From Candidatus Bathyarchaeota archaeon (lineage in GTDB: Archaea; Thermoproteota; Bathyarchaeia; Bathyarchaeales; DTEX01), in contig JAGTQE010000003.1 of the NCBI GenBank assembly GCA_018396635.1, forward strand, positions 46,642 to 110,641: DNA of 64,000 nt. Reading direction: 5' to 3'. The position numbers were made by a program, and so were the translations under genes. Numbering within the stretch: the first letter of the stretch is position 1; each line of letters opens with the position of its first letter. This document shows, one piece after another, positions 20,061 to 30,000 of the stretch. The notes below the pieces were generated by a model. It was not told the origin of the DNA. It searched no databases and saw only the letters and a list, made by a program, of their open reading frames with translations.

Positions 20061-21587
20061 ATGTCAGACAATATGGAAAGTTTAAAGGCTGCAATATCTC
20101 TCATAATTGAGGCTGGATACCAAATTGATAAAGATGCCTTTGAACTCCTAAAAGATCTTTCGCAAAAAGTCAACTTAACCTCTCTGGTTAAAACAGTTAT
20201 TGATGAAATTAATTCTCTCTCTGAAAGACCCATATTTATAACGCGTAAGTTTATTGAAGAAAAAGTCGGTAAAATCGTTCTAACAGAGGAAGTGAGAGGT
20301 ACAAGCTACGTTACTGGGAAAACAGGCTTCCAGCCATATGCTAGAGGCGTTGAAAGCGACTTTAAAGTAATAAGCGATCCTACGGAAAAGATAAGTAGCA
20401 TAGGTTCTCTTGAGGATTGCATAGAATATTTTAGGAGCAGATTCAAAAAGTTAAGCAGGATAATAAGGAGCAGGACGGATGCTAAGGATGCTGGTAGCAT
20501 CTCTGATGCTCTAAAAGCATCAGAGAATTCAAAAGTAAAGTTTATTTGTATGGTGACCGAGAAACGTGAGACAAAGCGTGGAGTTTTCTTTAGGGTTGAG
20601 GACTTAGAGGATTATGCCATAATCTTTGTGCCAGCAGAAAAACATGAAGTATATTTAAAGGCCCAAAAAATACTTTTAGATCAAGTTATCTGCATAAGCG
20701 CATTACGTGGAAAAAATGACTTACTTATAGTGGAAGATATAGTATGGCCTGATGTCCCACTTAAAAAACATAATAGGGCTCCAATACCTATTTGCGCCGC
20801 TCTACTTTCAGATCTTCATGTGGGGAGTAAAATGTTTATGGAGAAAGAGTTTAAGCGCTTCGTTAGGTGGCTGAGAGGTGAGATTGGTGGAGATAAACTC
20901 AGAGAGTTAGCGGGCCGTGTAAAATATTTGATTATAGCTGGCGATGTCGTTGATGGCGTTGGAATATATCCTCAACAATATGATGAGTTAGAAATAAAAG
21001 ATCTCCACAAACAGTATGAGAGGGCTGCTAAGGAACTTGAGGAGATCCCTGACTACATTGAAATAATCATTATACCGGGCAACCATGATGCGACAAGACG
21101 GGCTCTTCCTCAACCAGCTATTTCACGGGAATACGCCAAGCCACTTTTAGATTTAGGGAGCCATCTTTTAGGCGACCCTTCCGTCATAAGTCTATATGGA
21201 GTGACGATTCTTTTATCACATGGACGAAGTTTAGATGATATCATAGCCTCGTCTCCAAGTATGAGTTTTCAATCTCCTGAAGAAGCTATGAAAGTTCTCT
21301 TACAGTGTAGGCATCTGGCTCCAATTTATGGAATGAGGACATTAATAGCTTCTGAGAAAGTAGACCATCTAGTTATAGAACACGTGCCTGATATATTTCA
21401 TGCAGGACATGTTCACATGATGAAATATACTACTTATCGAGGAATTCTTGTAGTAAACTCAGGAACATGGCAGAAACAAACAGAGTATCAGAAGGAGATG
21501 GGTCATATACCTAATCCAGGCATAATTCCCGTGGTAGACTTACAAAGCTTTCAGGTTTTCACAATAGATTTTGTCTCAGCGATTTAA
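20061..21587 (+). CDS. polB: DNA polymerase D small (exonuclease) subunit DP1
   Basis: SDLHVGS, AGDVVDG.GIYP, PGNHD, HGRSLDD, RHLAP, GHVH. Confidence 0.96.
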   Translation: MSDNMESLKAAISLIIEAGYQIDKDAFELLKDLSQKVNLTSLVKTVIDEINSLSERPIFITRKFIEEKVGKIVLTEEVRGTSYVTGKTGFQPYARGVESDFKVISDPTEKISSIGSLEDCIEYFRSRFKKLSRIIRSRTDAKDAGSISDALKASENSKVKFICMVTEKRETKRGVFFRVEDLEDYAIIFVPAEKHEVYLKAQKILLDQVICISALRGKNDLLIVEDIVWPDVPLKKHNRAPIPICAALLSDLHVGSKMFMEKEFKRFVRWLRGEIGGDKLRELAGRVKYLIIAGDVVDGVGIYPQQYDELEIKDLHKQYERAAKELEEIPDYIEIIIIPGNHDATRRALPQPAISREYAKPLLDLGSHLLGDPSVISLYGVTILLSHGRSLDDIIASSPSMSFQSPEEAMKVLLQCRHLAPIYGMRTLIASEKVDHLVIEHVPDIFHAGHVHMMKYTTYRGILVVNSGTWQKQTEYQKEMGHIPNPGIIPVVDLQSFQVFTIDFVSAI

Positions 21588-21595
21588 AGGATACT

Positions 21596-22879
21596 TCAGG
21601 AATCATTCTGGCGTAGCGATATAGATTTTGGCTTATAACTTATTATATATCTAAATCTATCATCTTCAGAGAAAACATCCATTATGATTCTCCGTGATAC
21701 ACCCAAACCTATCTTCTTTGTTCGCCCGTAGCGTCCAAGGCTAACGATGCGAGAATTTAATAGTCCCATAACATCTAATTCATTTATTAATCCACTAACC
21801 CTCCTCTGCGTCAGCGGGCTTATGCCCATTTGCTCGCAGATCTCTAAATAGAGATTATAAATGTCTCCTGTGAAGCATCGATCAGGATCCATCTTATTAA
21901 TAAGATACACACTTAAGAGAACTAGTTTTGAGTGCGTTGGTAGACTTTTTATGCTCTCATAGACCTGATCATGCTCTATTCTTTCCTGGGCTTCTCTCAC
22001 ATGCTCTTCAGTAATCCTTCTATCACCCTTCCTCTCAGCTATTTCACCAGCAACACGTAGAAGGTCGAGAGCTCTCCGCGCGTCGCCATGCTCAGACGCC
22101 GCTAGGGCAGCACAAAGTTTAAGCGCACCTTCTGAGAGAACGCCGTCATAGAACGCTATTTTAGCCCTCTCCATGAGTATATCTTGGAGTTCGTCAGCCG
22201 TATAAGGTTTAAAAACCATCTCCTCTTCACTTAGTGTGCTTAGAACTCTTGGATCAAGAAGATCCTTAAATTTTAAGTCATTAGATATGCCAATTATTGA
22301 AACCTTACTCTGATTTAAGCCCTCATTTATTCTAGTAAGTTCATAAAGTAATTCGTCGCCACGAATCTTTATTAAGGCATCAATCTCGTCTAAGGCAACT
22401 ATGAAGATTATACCTTGAGATTCTAAGTTTTTCCTGAACCTATCAAAGATCTCACCAACAGCCAGGCCTGTAAAAGGAACCTTAACATTAATGCTTGAGC
22501 ATAAAGCCGCCAGGACCCTATATTCTGTTCCTGCAAGCCGGCAGTTTACAAAGCAAACTTTAACTGGTGAACCTACCTCTTCAGCTTTTTGGGCAAGTTT
22601 ATTTAACACAAACTTAACAACAGCAGTCTTTCCAGTACCAGTTTTCCCATAAATTAAAACATTTGAACATGGCGACCCCTTTAAGGCAGGAGCTGTTATC
22701 TCACCTAAGCGAAGAATCTCTTCTCTCCTATGCGGGAGATTATCAGGAACGTAATCATGTCTCAAAACCTCTCTATTCTTGAAAATCCTTGACCCCTTAA
22801 GAAAATGCGCGAATACCTCGTCTAAGATATTTTCCCGCTCTCTCATCCGTCTAAACCTCGATGAAAGATCTCTACTCAT
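21596..22879 (-). CDS. cdc6: Orc1/Cdc6 replication initiator
   Basis: YVPDNLPHR, YGKTGTGKT, LDEID, GDARRALDLLR, and wHTH wing SLGRYGRT. Confidence 0.97.
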   Translation of the reverse strand: MSRDLSSRFRRMRERENILDEVFAHFLKGSRIFKNREVLRHDYVPDNLPHRREEILRLGEITAPALKGSPCSNVLIYGKTGTGKTAVVKFVLNKLAQKAEEVGSPVKVCFVNCRLAGTEYRVLAALCSSINVKVPFTGLAVGEIFDRFRKNLESQGIIFIVALDEIDALIKIRGDELLYELTRINEGLNQSKVSIIGISNDLKFKDLLDPRVLSTLSEEEMVFKPYTADELQDILMERAKIAFYDGVLSEGALKLCAALAASEHGDARRALDLLRVAGEIAERKGDRRITEEHVREAQERIEHDQVYESIKSLPTHSKLVLLSVYLINKMDPDRCFTGDIYNLYLEICEQMGISPLTQRRVSGLINELDVMGLLNSRIVSLGRYGRTKKIGLGVSRRIIMDVFSEDDRFRYIISYKPKSISLRQNDS

Positions 22880-22964
22880 TTAAAAGCAGGGAGAATAAGT
22901 GATTAAAGGGCTCTCCTACAAAAAAATAGACAAATAATTAAAAGGTATTAAAGAGGGGAGACCC

Positions 22965-22986
22965 ACCCCTTTGTTTCTACTGGAAA
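22965..22986 (-). promoter_or_regulatory. Origin recognition box ORB1 (TTTCCAGTAGAAACAAAGGGGT)
   Basis: Matches archaeal ORB consensus TTCCAnTGGAAAnnnnGGGG with G-string. Confidence 0.88.
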
Positions 22987-23211
22987 TAGTCTCAGCAAAC
23001 TAAAATTATTTTTGTTTTCTTTTGGAAAAATAGTCTCCCATTTTAGTTAGGAAATTTCTATATTTAACGAGATTTATACAATATTGTATACTATTTCAGC
23101 AAAATATCTTGAAATATTTCAACATAATATTACTTAAAATTTTATAGAAATCACATGGAAAAATGGCAAAATATCGCATCAAAAAATTATTATACCATAT
23201 TCTTCGCTTGT

Positions 23212-23233
23212 TTTCCAGTGGAAAACCAGGGGT
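23212..23233 (+). promoter_or_regulatory. Origin recognition box ORB2 (TTTCCAGTGGAAAACCAGGGGT)
   Basis: Matches ORB consensus with G-string. Confidence 0.9.
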
Positions 23234-23399
23234 CTGGGTGATTTTTCTTATGAAATTCTGGCAACAATTCACAGCTTACCTTATGTTTTTCATTAACTTT
23301 AATGTGAATTAACTGTTAAAGGAGTATAAACATTGTCATAATTCTGTCTTCTTCGAATAACTGTGGAAAAATTAAGGTAAAATTTTTGTTAATGAGTTC

Positions 23400-23421
23400 A
23401 CCCCTTCATTTCCTGTGGAAA
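23400..23421 (-). promoter_or_regulatory. Origin recognition box ORB3 (TTTCCACAGGAAATGAAGGGGT)
   Basis: Matches ORB consensus; inverted relative to ORB2. Confidence 0.88.
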
Positions 23422-23619
23422 ATACTGAAAATTTTTGTTTATTTGTCTTTTTAGAAAATATCCAAGCTGTTAACTTTGTTAATTTAAAAATTTGCAAATT
23501 TTCTTTCTTTTTGAAAAATAGTTCATTTTTTTCTTTTTATTTTCCTTATCATTAACCAAATAATTTATAACCTGTGAAATGATAATTGTTAATTGCTGGC
23601 GGGAGATTGGGGAAGACCG

Positions 23620-24027
23620 TTGCCTATAAGAAAAATGAAAATTGAAGTTTATGATGAATCGGGAAACCGTTACACAATTAGTTTTGAAGGAAGAATTACT
23701 AGAGAAAAGGCTCAGAAAGTTTTTGATATAATTGAGCTACTCGGGGGTATACCTGTAGCAGAACCATCTACTTTTTCACAGGATCTTTCAAAAATCGAAA
23801 AGGTTCTTTTTGTTGTAAAGAAGAACTTTCCTTTCTCTTGGTTTTCAGCTAAAGAAGCGCAAGATGCATATGAAAGGGATGTTGGCGAGCCAATAAGCTT
23901 AAGCGCTATCTCAACATACCTTTCCAGATTGGCAGAGAGGGGCATTCTACTGAAGAAAAAAAATGAAAACAAAACATTCTTCAAGATTGTTTCACAGGAA
24001 GTGAAAGGAATAATAAAATCATTATGA
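23620..24027 (+). CDS. Origin-adjacent hypothetical protein with C-terminal winged helix
   Basis: ORF 23593-24027, probable TTG start 23620; WFSAKE..AYE...EPISLSAISTYLSRLAERGIL wHTH. Confidence 0.8.
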   Translation: MPIRKMKIEVYDESGNRYTISFEGRITREKAQKVFDIIELLGGIPVAEPSTFSQDLSKIEKVLFVVKKNFPFSWFSAKEAQDAYERDVGEPISLSAISTYLSRLAERGILLKKKNENKTFFKIVSQEVKGIIKSL

Positions 24028-24723
24028 ACCAAATAGCCTTTCCTTTTTCAAAATCTCCTCCATATCTTTATTGAGTCGATACACGTAAGGAATTTTATCC
24101 TCCTTTCTCTCCACATAGCCGCGCATATATAGACTCTTCAGTAAACGTGCCGTATGCTCTCTTGTCAACTTAATTCTATCCTTTATTTCAGAAGCTGTTT
24201 TCTCTCCTTCATTTGCCAGAATCTCAAGAACTTTTAATTCTGTCTCAGTTAGTGATGTAAGAACTTTATCTCCTCTTGGAAGTATGGGTGATCCGGTCCT
24301 GTTGATCTCTTTCTTTTCAGTTTCGAAAATCTTCTCTTCTTCAATTTTACTAATTTTTTCTACCACTTCATTATATTTGAGCATTAAGCTATCGATCTTG
24401 TTCTTCAAGTCTTTATGCTCTGAACAAATCGTCTCATTATTCCTAATTAAATCCTCTACTTTTTCCTTAAGATTAAGAACTAGAGAGCGCATTTCCTCAA
24501 GGTCCCTGCCAACAGAAACTTCTCTATGGCTCTCTATGATCTCTTGGATTTTCTCTTCAATTCTCTTAAGATCCTTGTTAAAACTGAAGATTACATCTTC
24601 AATAATTTTTCTTGCTTCTATGTACTTTATGGTCTCACTCCTTATCCTCTTAAAATAGAACAGCAGGAATACTGATGTTATGCAAAATATGACCGTATAG
24701 GCCAGTAATGCTATGATCTCCAT
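24022..24723 (-). CDS. Membrane-anchored coiled-coil protein with C-terminal MarR/TrmB-like wHTH
   Basis: N-terminal hydrophobic helix (aa ~3-24), heptad region, LTETELKVLEIL...LTREHTARLLKSLY.RGYVER. Confidence 0.82.
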   Translation of the reverse strand: MEIIALLAYTVIFCITSVFLLFYFKRIRSETIKYIEARKIIEDVIFSFNKDLKRIEEKIQEIIESHREVSVGRDLEEMRSLVLNLKEKVEDLIRNNETICSEHKDLKNKIDSLMLKYNEVVEKISKIEEEKIFETEKKEINRTGSPILPRGDKVLTSLTETELKVLEILANEGEKTASEIKDRIKLTREHTARLLKSLYMRGYVERKEDKIPYVYRLNKDMEEILKKERLFGS

Positions 24724-24950
24724 GATATCACCATCTGTGACATCACAAACCTTGTGATCCTGAAAATCACAATGTGATCATATCACAATCATGGTTATAA
24801 TCACATCAAGGTCCAAATAAAATTTTCGTTTCTCTATGGTCATGTCGCCAAAAAATAGAATCTGAATAAATATTTGCTTGGTCTTAAAATCTCGAGAGCT
24901 GTGATTTTTCACCTAGTGATGTTACGTGATGTAGCTTTGTGATGTCACAA
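24723..24950. repeat. Array of TGTGA/TCACA half-sites and GTGAnnTCAC palindromes
   Basis: 14 GTGA/TCAC tetramers in ~225 bp; TGTGACATCACAAA (24736-24749) and TTTGTGATGTCACA (24936-24949) are exact inverted copies. Confidence 0.75.
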
Positions 24951-25439
24951 TTTTTTAGAGAGAGATTTCGGCTTCGAGAGGGTGAGTAAGCTTTTTTCTA
25001 TTTCGCTTTGAAGAGTCTGGAGCACTTTCACTTGATCCTCATCTATCTGGCCTTTTTCCCATATCTCCCGATATCTTTCACTGTAGGCGCGTATCTTATT
25101 TGCTATCTCAATATATATGTCAAGTCTTGGATCTTCGAATACTCCTAAATAGCCCAATAAGATTACTGTATAGATTGATCTAATCACGTTTTTTCTTGCT
25201 TGCGCTAGGGTTCTATTAAAGGATCCGCGGCTCACACCCGATTTTAGAGACCTTAATTTAGCCTTATCCTCGTAAGTCATTTTTTTATCGACTATTTTTT
25301 CGGCTAAGATGTCTATCAGAAACGTTTCTGCCTGTACTTTTGTTAAATTGCTATTTTTAAGTAATATTTTGAAAATTGGGTCATTATTTAATGCTGTTAA
25401 CCATCTTTGAACTTCTTCTTTTAAGCTTGGATCTACCAA
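24945..25439 (-). CDS. Hypothetical protein with possible HTH
   Basis: 164-aa ORF; SNLT..Q.E...GVSRGSFNRTLAQAR helix pattern. Confidence 0.75.
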   Translation of the reverse strand: MVDPSLKEEVQRWLTALNNDPIFKILLKNSNLTKVQAETFLIDILAEKIVDKKMTYEDKAKLRSLKSGVSRGSFNRTLAQARKNVIRSIYTVILLGYLGVFEDPRLDIYIEIANKIRAYSERYREIWEKGQIDEDQVKVLQTLQSEIEKSLLTLSKPKSLSKKL

Positions 25440-25644
25440 ATGTTTTTCCCTCTAACTGGATACATTCTTGTCTACAAAACATTTAAGCTTTAATAGTTTC
25501 ACTAACGGTGGGCTCTCATGTTTGTCCGTTAAAATGTGATATAAAATATCACGGTAAGTGGGTCACAGATGTTAGATCTCCTAAATCTTTAAGAGTAGAA
25601 ATATCTTAAATATTTTATTAATGTTTTAATGCGTTGGATTGCCT

Positions 25645-25887
25645 ATGGGAAGAAGGCGGAGAAAAGTAATTCGGATACCAAAGAAGAAGTTGCCTAAAGT
25701 CTTCATTTGTCCAAGGTGTAGTCAAGAGTCTATAAGAGTAGAAATTATGGAAGGTGAAGAAGGACGAAAAGCAATAATCAGATGTGGTAATATAAATTGC
25801 GGTTTCATAAAGGAGGTTCAAGTAAAACCCTTCTTTAGAGAAGTAGACGTTTATTGTCAATTTATAGACGAATTTTACGGAGATTGA
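25645..25887 (+). CDS. elf1: Transcription elongation factor Elf1
   Basis: MGRRRRK...[10 protein letters not shown]...C..C...VDVYCQFID zinc ribbon. Confidence 0.92.
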   Translation: MGRRRRKVIRIPKKKLPKVFICPRCSQESIRVEIMEGEEGRKAIIRCGNINCGFIKEVQVKPFFREVDVYCQFIDEFYGD

Positions 25888-25903
25888 AGGAGTTGAATAA
25901 TAA

Positions 25904-26689
25904 ATGGTCAGTGTTGGGAAGGTCGAGGAATATATATTAAGGCGGATCGGAGACGAGGGAGCAATTCACATGGCTCTCATTGATCCGGAAAAGGTAACCC
26001 CTGAACTTGCGGCTCTATTGTCGCAGGAAAGCGAAGCCTCCGGCTCATCAGCAATAATGGTTGGGGGCACAACCTTAGCATCAACAGAGTTACTTAATGA
26101 CATTGTAAAGGCGATTAAGCGATCAGTGAAAATTCCAGTCATATTATTTCCAAACAATGTGACTGGCATAAGTGAATATGCAGACGCCATATGGTTTATG
26201 TCCCTGCTAAATTCAGCTGATCCGTATTTCATATTCGGCGCGCAGGCCCTCGCAGCACCATTAATTAAGAAGATGGGGTTAGAAGCAATACCGCTTGGAT
26301 ACATAATTGTTGGCGAAGGGGGATCTGCAGGCGTTATTGGCAAAGCATGTCCAATCCCATATAATAAGCCTGAACTAGCCGTGGCTCACGCTTTGGCAGC
26401 TCAATTTCTTGGAATGAGATTCGTTTATTTGGAGGCTGGGTCAGGGGCAAGCAAACCAGTTCCAGCTGAAATGATCAGAATGACTAGAGAGACCGTGGAC
26501 GTAAAGATAATTGTTGGAGGTGGTATAAAGACTAGGGAGCAGGCTGAGCGCGCCGCTAAAGCTGGCGCTGATATAGTGGTTACTGGCACTATACTTGAGA
26601 GCGGTCAGAGAGAAGGGGTTAGAGCTAAACTTAATGAAATAATAGAAGGTATAAGGAAAGGAGCTAAAAGTAGATCTAGGGGGTTTTAA
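25904..26689 (+). CDS. Geranylgeranylglyceryl phosphate synthase
   Basis: LIDPEK, IMVGGT, PVILFP, FMSLLNS, YLEAGSGA, VGGGI. Confidence 0.93.
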   Translation: MVSVGKVEEYILRRIGDEGAIHMALIDPEKVTPELAALLSQESEASGSSAIMVGGTTLASTELLNDIVKAIKRSVKIPVILFPNNVTGISEYADAIWFMSLLNSADPYFIFGAQALAAPLIKKMGLEAIPLGYIIVGEGGSAGVIGKACPIPYNKPELAVAHALAAQFLGMRFVYLEAGSGASKPVPAEMIRMTRETVDVKIIVGGGIKTREQAERAAKAGADIVVTGTILESGQREGVRAKLNEIIEGIRKGAKSRSRGF

Positions 26690-26690
26690 G

Positions 26691-27002
26691 TTGACGGCAT
26701 TCGAGCATTATTTTGAGTCTCTAAAAAAGGCTTTAGGCCGAAATAATATTTATGATATTTGGCCGGATTTTGAGCCGGAGTATGATGAGCGCGAATATGC
26801 ATGGGCAACCCTGAGGGGATTAGGTGAATCATTGCTCCTCAATTGTGGTCGATGCGACGGCCCATCTGATATGAGACACAATAAATGTAGGGCTTGTGTT
26901 GATAGGAGGAAGAGCATTGCTGAAAAAACATATGAGAAAGTTATGGGGCGGCCAATTGAGAGGTGGAACGCAATAATTCTCTGTAGAATTCATGTCGAGT
27001 AG
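26691..27002 (+). CDS. Hypothetical Cys-motif (putative Zn-binding) protein
   Basis: CGRC...CRAC; tightly packed between GGGP synthase and DP2. Confidence 0.75.
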   Translation: MTAFEHYFESLKKALGRNNIYDIWPDFEPEYDEREYAWATLRGLGESLLLNCGRCDGPSDMRHNKCRACVDRRKSIAEKTYEKVMGRPIERWNAIILCRIHVE

Positions 27003-27004
27003 CG

Positions 27005-30000
27005 TTGATCAACATGGAAGCTGAATACAGAATAAGTGAAGAATACGCTGAATACTTCTCAAATCTACTTAGCTCTCTAGAAGAAATCTATGAAATTGCT
27101 AAAAAGGCTAGGCTGAGGGGACCAGACCCTAGGCCTTACCCTGAAATAGAGTTAGCGAGCGATTTGGCGAGTCTAGTAGAGGGGTTTATTGGGCTTCCAG
27201 GACTCGCAGAGAGAATAAGAGCGCTATCAAAAACCATGTCTAGGGAAAGGGCCGCATTCAACATAGCTAAGGAGATTGTCTGTGGAAAATTTGGGCAGCT
27301 GAGTGATGAAAAGGCGGCTGATTTAGCAATCAGAACAGCTTTAGCAATATTAACAGAAGGGGTCACAGCAGCAGTTTATTCGGAGGGCATAGCCAAGGTA
27401 GCTATAAAAAATAATCCAGACGGGTCGAGATATCTGGCAGTCTACTTTGCTGGACCAATACGCTCAGCTGGCGGAACAGAGGCAGCTCTAACACCGGTTA
27501 TAGCGGATGTTGTTCGACAGTTATTGAAGTTAGATCGCTATAAGCCTACTAGGGAGGAGATAGAGCGCTTCATTGAAGAGTTAAGACTCTACGAGCGCGA
27601 GGTTGGCCGCTTTCAATATAGCGTTTCGGATGAGCAATTGAGGTTTGCACTGGAGCATCTTCCAGTTGAAGTCACTGGGACACCATCCGATCCAGTTGAA
27701 GTTGCTTCTTATCGCAATTTGCCGCGCATAGAGACTAATCGCGTTCGCGGCGGGGCGCTTAGAGTTGTAAATGACGGCATTGTTGGTAGGGCCTCAAAAG
27801 TCTTGGCCGTAGTTGAAGATCTTGGGATCAAGGGCTGGGAGTGGCTTAAGGAGATTAAGGAGATAGCAAAGGAGAAGGGTAAATCTTTAGCCAGCTTTAT
27901 GGAGGAGGTTCCAGCTGGGCGTCCAATATTATGTTTCCCATCAAGAAAAGGAGGTTTTAGACTTAGATATGGCAGGTCAAGGAATACGGGGCTCTCAGCA
28001 GTTGGGGTTCACCCACTAACTATGATAGTTTTACAAAACTTTCTGGCTGGTGGAACACAGCTTAAAATCGAGGCTCCTGGCAAATCAAGTACCGTGATGC
28101 CTGTAGATTATATTGAGACTCCGATTGTCAGGCTGAAAGATGGATCCGTGGTTAAAGTCTCTTATGAGAATATAGAGTTAGTTAAGAGGGAAGCTGAGAA
28201 GATACTTTTTTTGGGCGATATACTTATAAGCTTTGGTGACTTCCTCTATAACAATAAGCCTCTTTTGCCTCCGGGATATTGCGAGGAGTTTTGGCGGGAG
28301 GATCTTAGGAGAGCCATTATCGAAGACTTTAATGGGAATATTGAGGAAGCCGCTTCAAGAGTTGGGTTACCGTCTTCCTCGCTAAAATCTTATCTTGACG
28401 ATCCATTCAACAATAAACCTAGTATTAATGAAGCAATAACCTTAAGTAGGACCCTCAAAATTCCTTTACATCCATTATACACGTATTTTTGGTTCAGTAT
28501 ACCTGTGAAGACCCTTAAAAATATCCGAAGATGGCTTTTGAATTCCAACATTAAATTTGACGGCGAGTTAGTGGTTGAGGTACGTGGCAGCTATGATGCT
28601 GAAGTTAAAGAAGCCCTTGAGGAAATATGCATCCCGCATAGGGTTATTGGAAAATGCATTGTCATTGAAGGCTATGACGCACACTCCTTCGCTGTATCAC
28701 TTGGATTAAATAATCCTTCAGCTGAAATCTCTGAAAATTTATCAATTCTAGAGAATTTATCACGTTTAAGCGGCTTAATTTTTAGGGATAAGGCGGGAGC
28801 ATTTATAGGGGCTAGGGTTGGGCGGCCGGAGAAGGCTAAGGAGCGGGAGATGAAGCCACCAGTACATGTCTTATTCCCAGTTGGCTTAAGTGGCGGTGCT
28901 CAAAGGGATCTTATGAAGGCCTATGGGAAAGGCATGGTGAAAGTTGAGATCATTAGCCGGATTTGTCCTAAATGCCAGACAATAACTTTTAAAAGAATAT
29001 GCTCAAATTGTGGGACGGAGACAAGCCTTAGGTTCATTTGCCCAAGATGTGGTAGAGACCTTGACAGAGAAGATTGTCCGATATGTAAAATTGAAGCGAG
29101 AAGCTTTTGTCATCAGATAATCTCCATTAGGGATTTAGTCGACGAAGCTTGCCGAAAGATTGGCTATAGGCCTGAGCAGGTTAAGGGTGTGAGGGGCTTA
29201 ACAAATAAGACCAGGGTGCCAGAGCCAATCGAAAAGGGAATATTGAGGGCTAAATATGGGCTCTCAGTCTATAAGGATGGCACTATAAGATTTGATGCAA
29301 CCAATGCGCCATTAACCCATTTTAAGCCTTCAGAGATAGGTGTTTCTCTAGAGAAGCTTAGAGAGCTTGGCTACACACACGATTATTTAAATAATCCACT
29401 GACAGATCTGGAGCAGATCTGTGAGCTTAAGGTCCAGGATATTATAATTCCATGGAAATGCGCTGAATATCTTGTCTCTGTAGCAAAATTTATTGATGAG
29501 CTTCTTGAGAAGGTTTACGGGCTTCCTCCATTCTATAAGATAGATAAGCCACAAGATTTGATTGGCCACTTAATAGTTGGTTTGGCGCCACACACGTGTG
29601 CCGGGGTTTTAGGTAGAATAATAGGCTTTACAAAGCTGAATGTATGTTTTGCCCACCCCTTCTGGCATTCAGCTAAGCGGAGGGATTGTGATGGGGATGA
29701 GGATAGTATAATGTTGGCATTAGATGCTTTCTTAAACTTCTCAAGGGAGTATCTTCCAGATCAGATAGGTGGGATAATGGATTCTCCACTATTTATAATC
29801 CGAGCGGTTATGCCGGAAGATGTTCAGAGACAGGCACATGAGTTTGACGTTGCAGATAAATATCCTTTAGAATTTTATGAGGAGGCTGGTAGGTGTCGGC
29901 CAGCTAGGGAACTGCTCCCCCTCATAGATATAGTTAAGCACAGGTTTAATTCGGAATTAAAACTGCAGGGCTTTATGTTTACCGTGCCAACATCGAACAT

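Larger units (their letters stand above)
22880..23600. other. Chromosomal replication origin (oriC)
   Basis: ~700-bp very AT-rich intergenic region directly upstream of cdc6 with three ORB elements. Confidence 0.9.

Noticed and set aside
24723-24950. CRISPR array
   Set aside because: Repeats are short (4-14 bp), irregularly spaced and inverted; no spacers or cas genes
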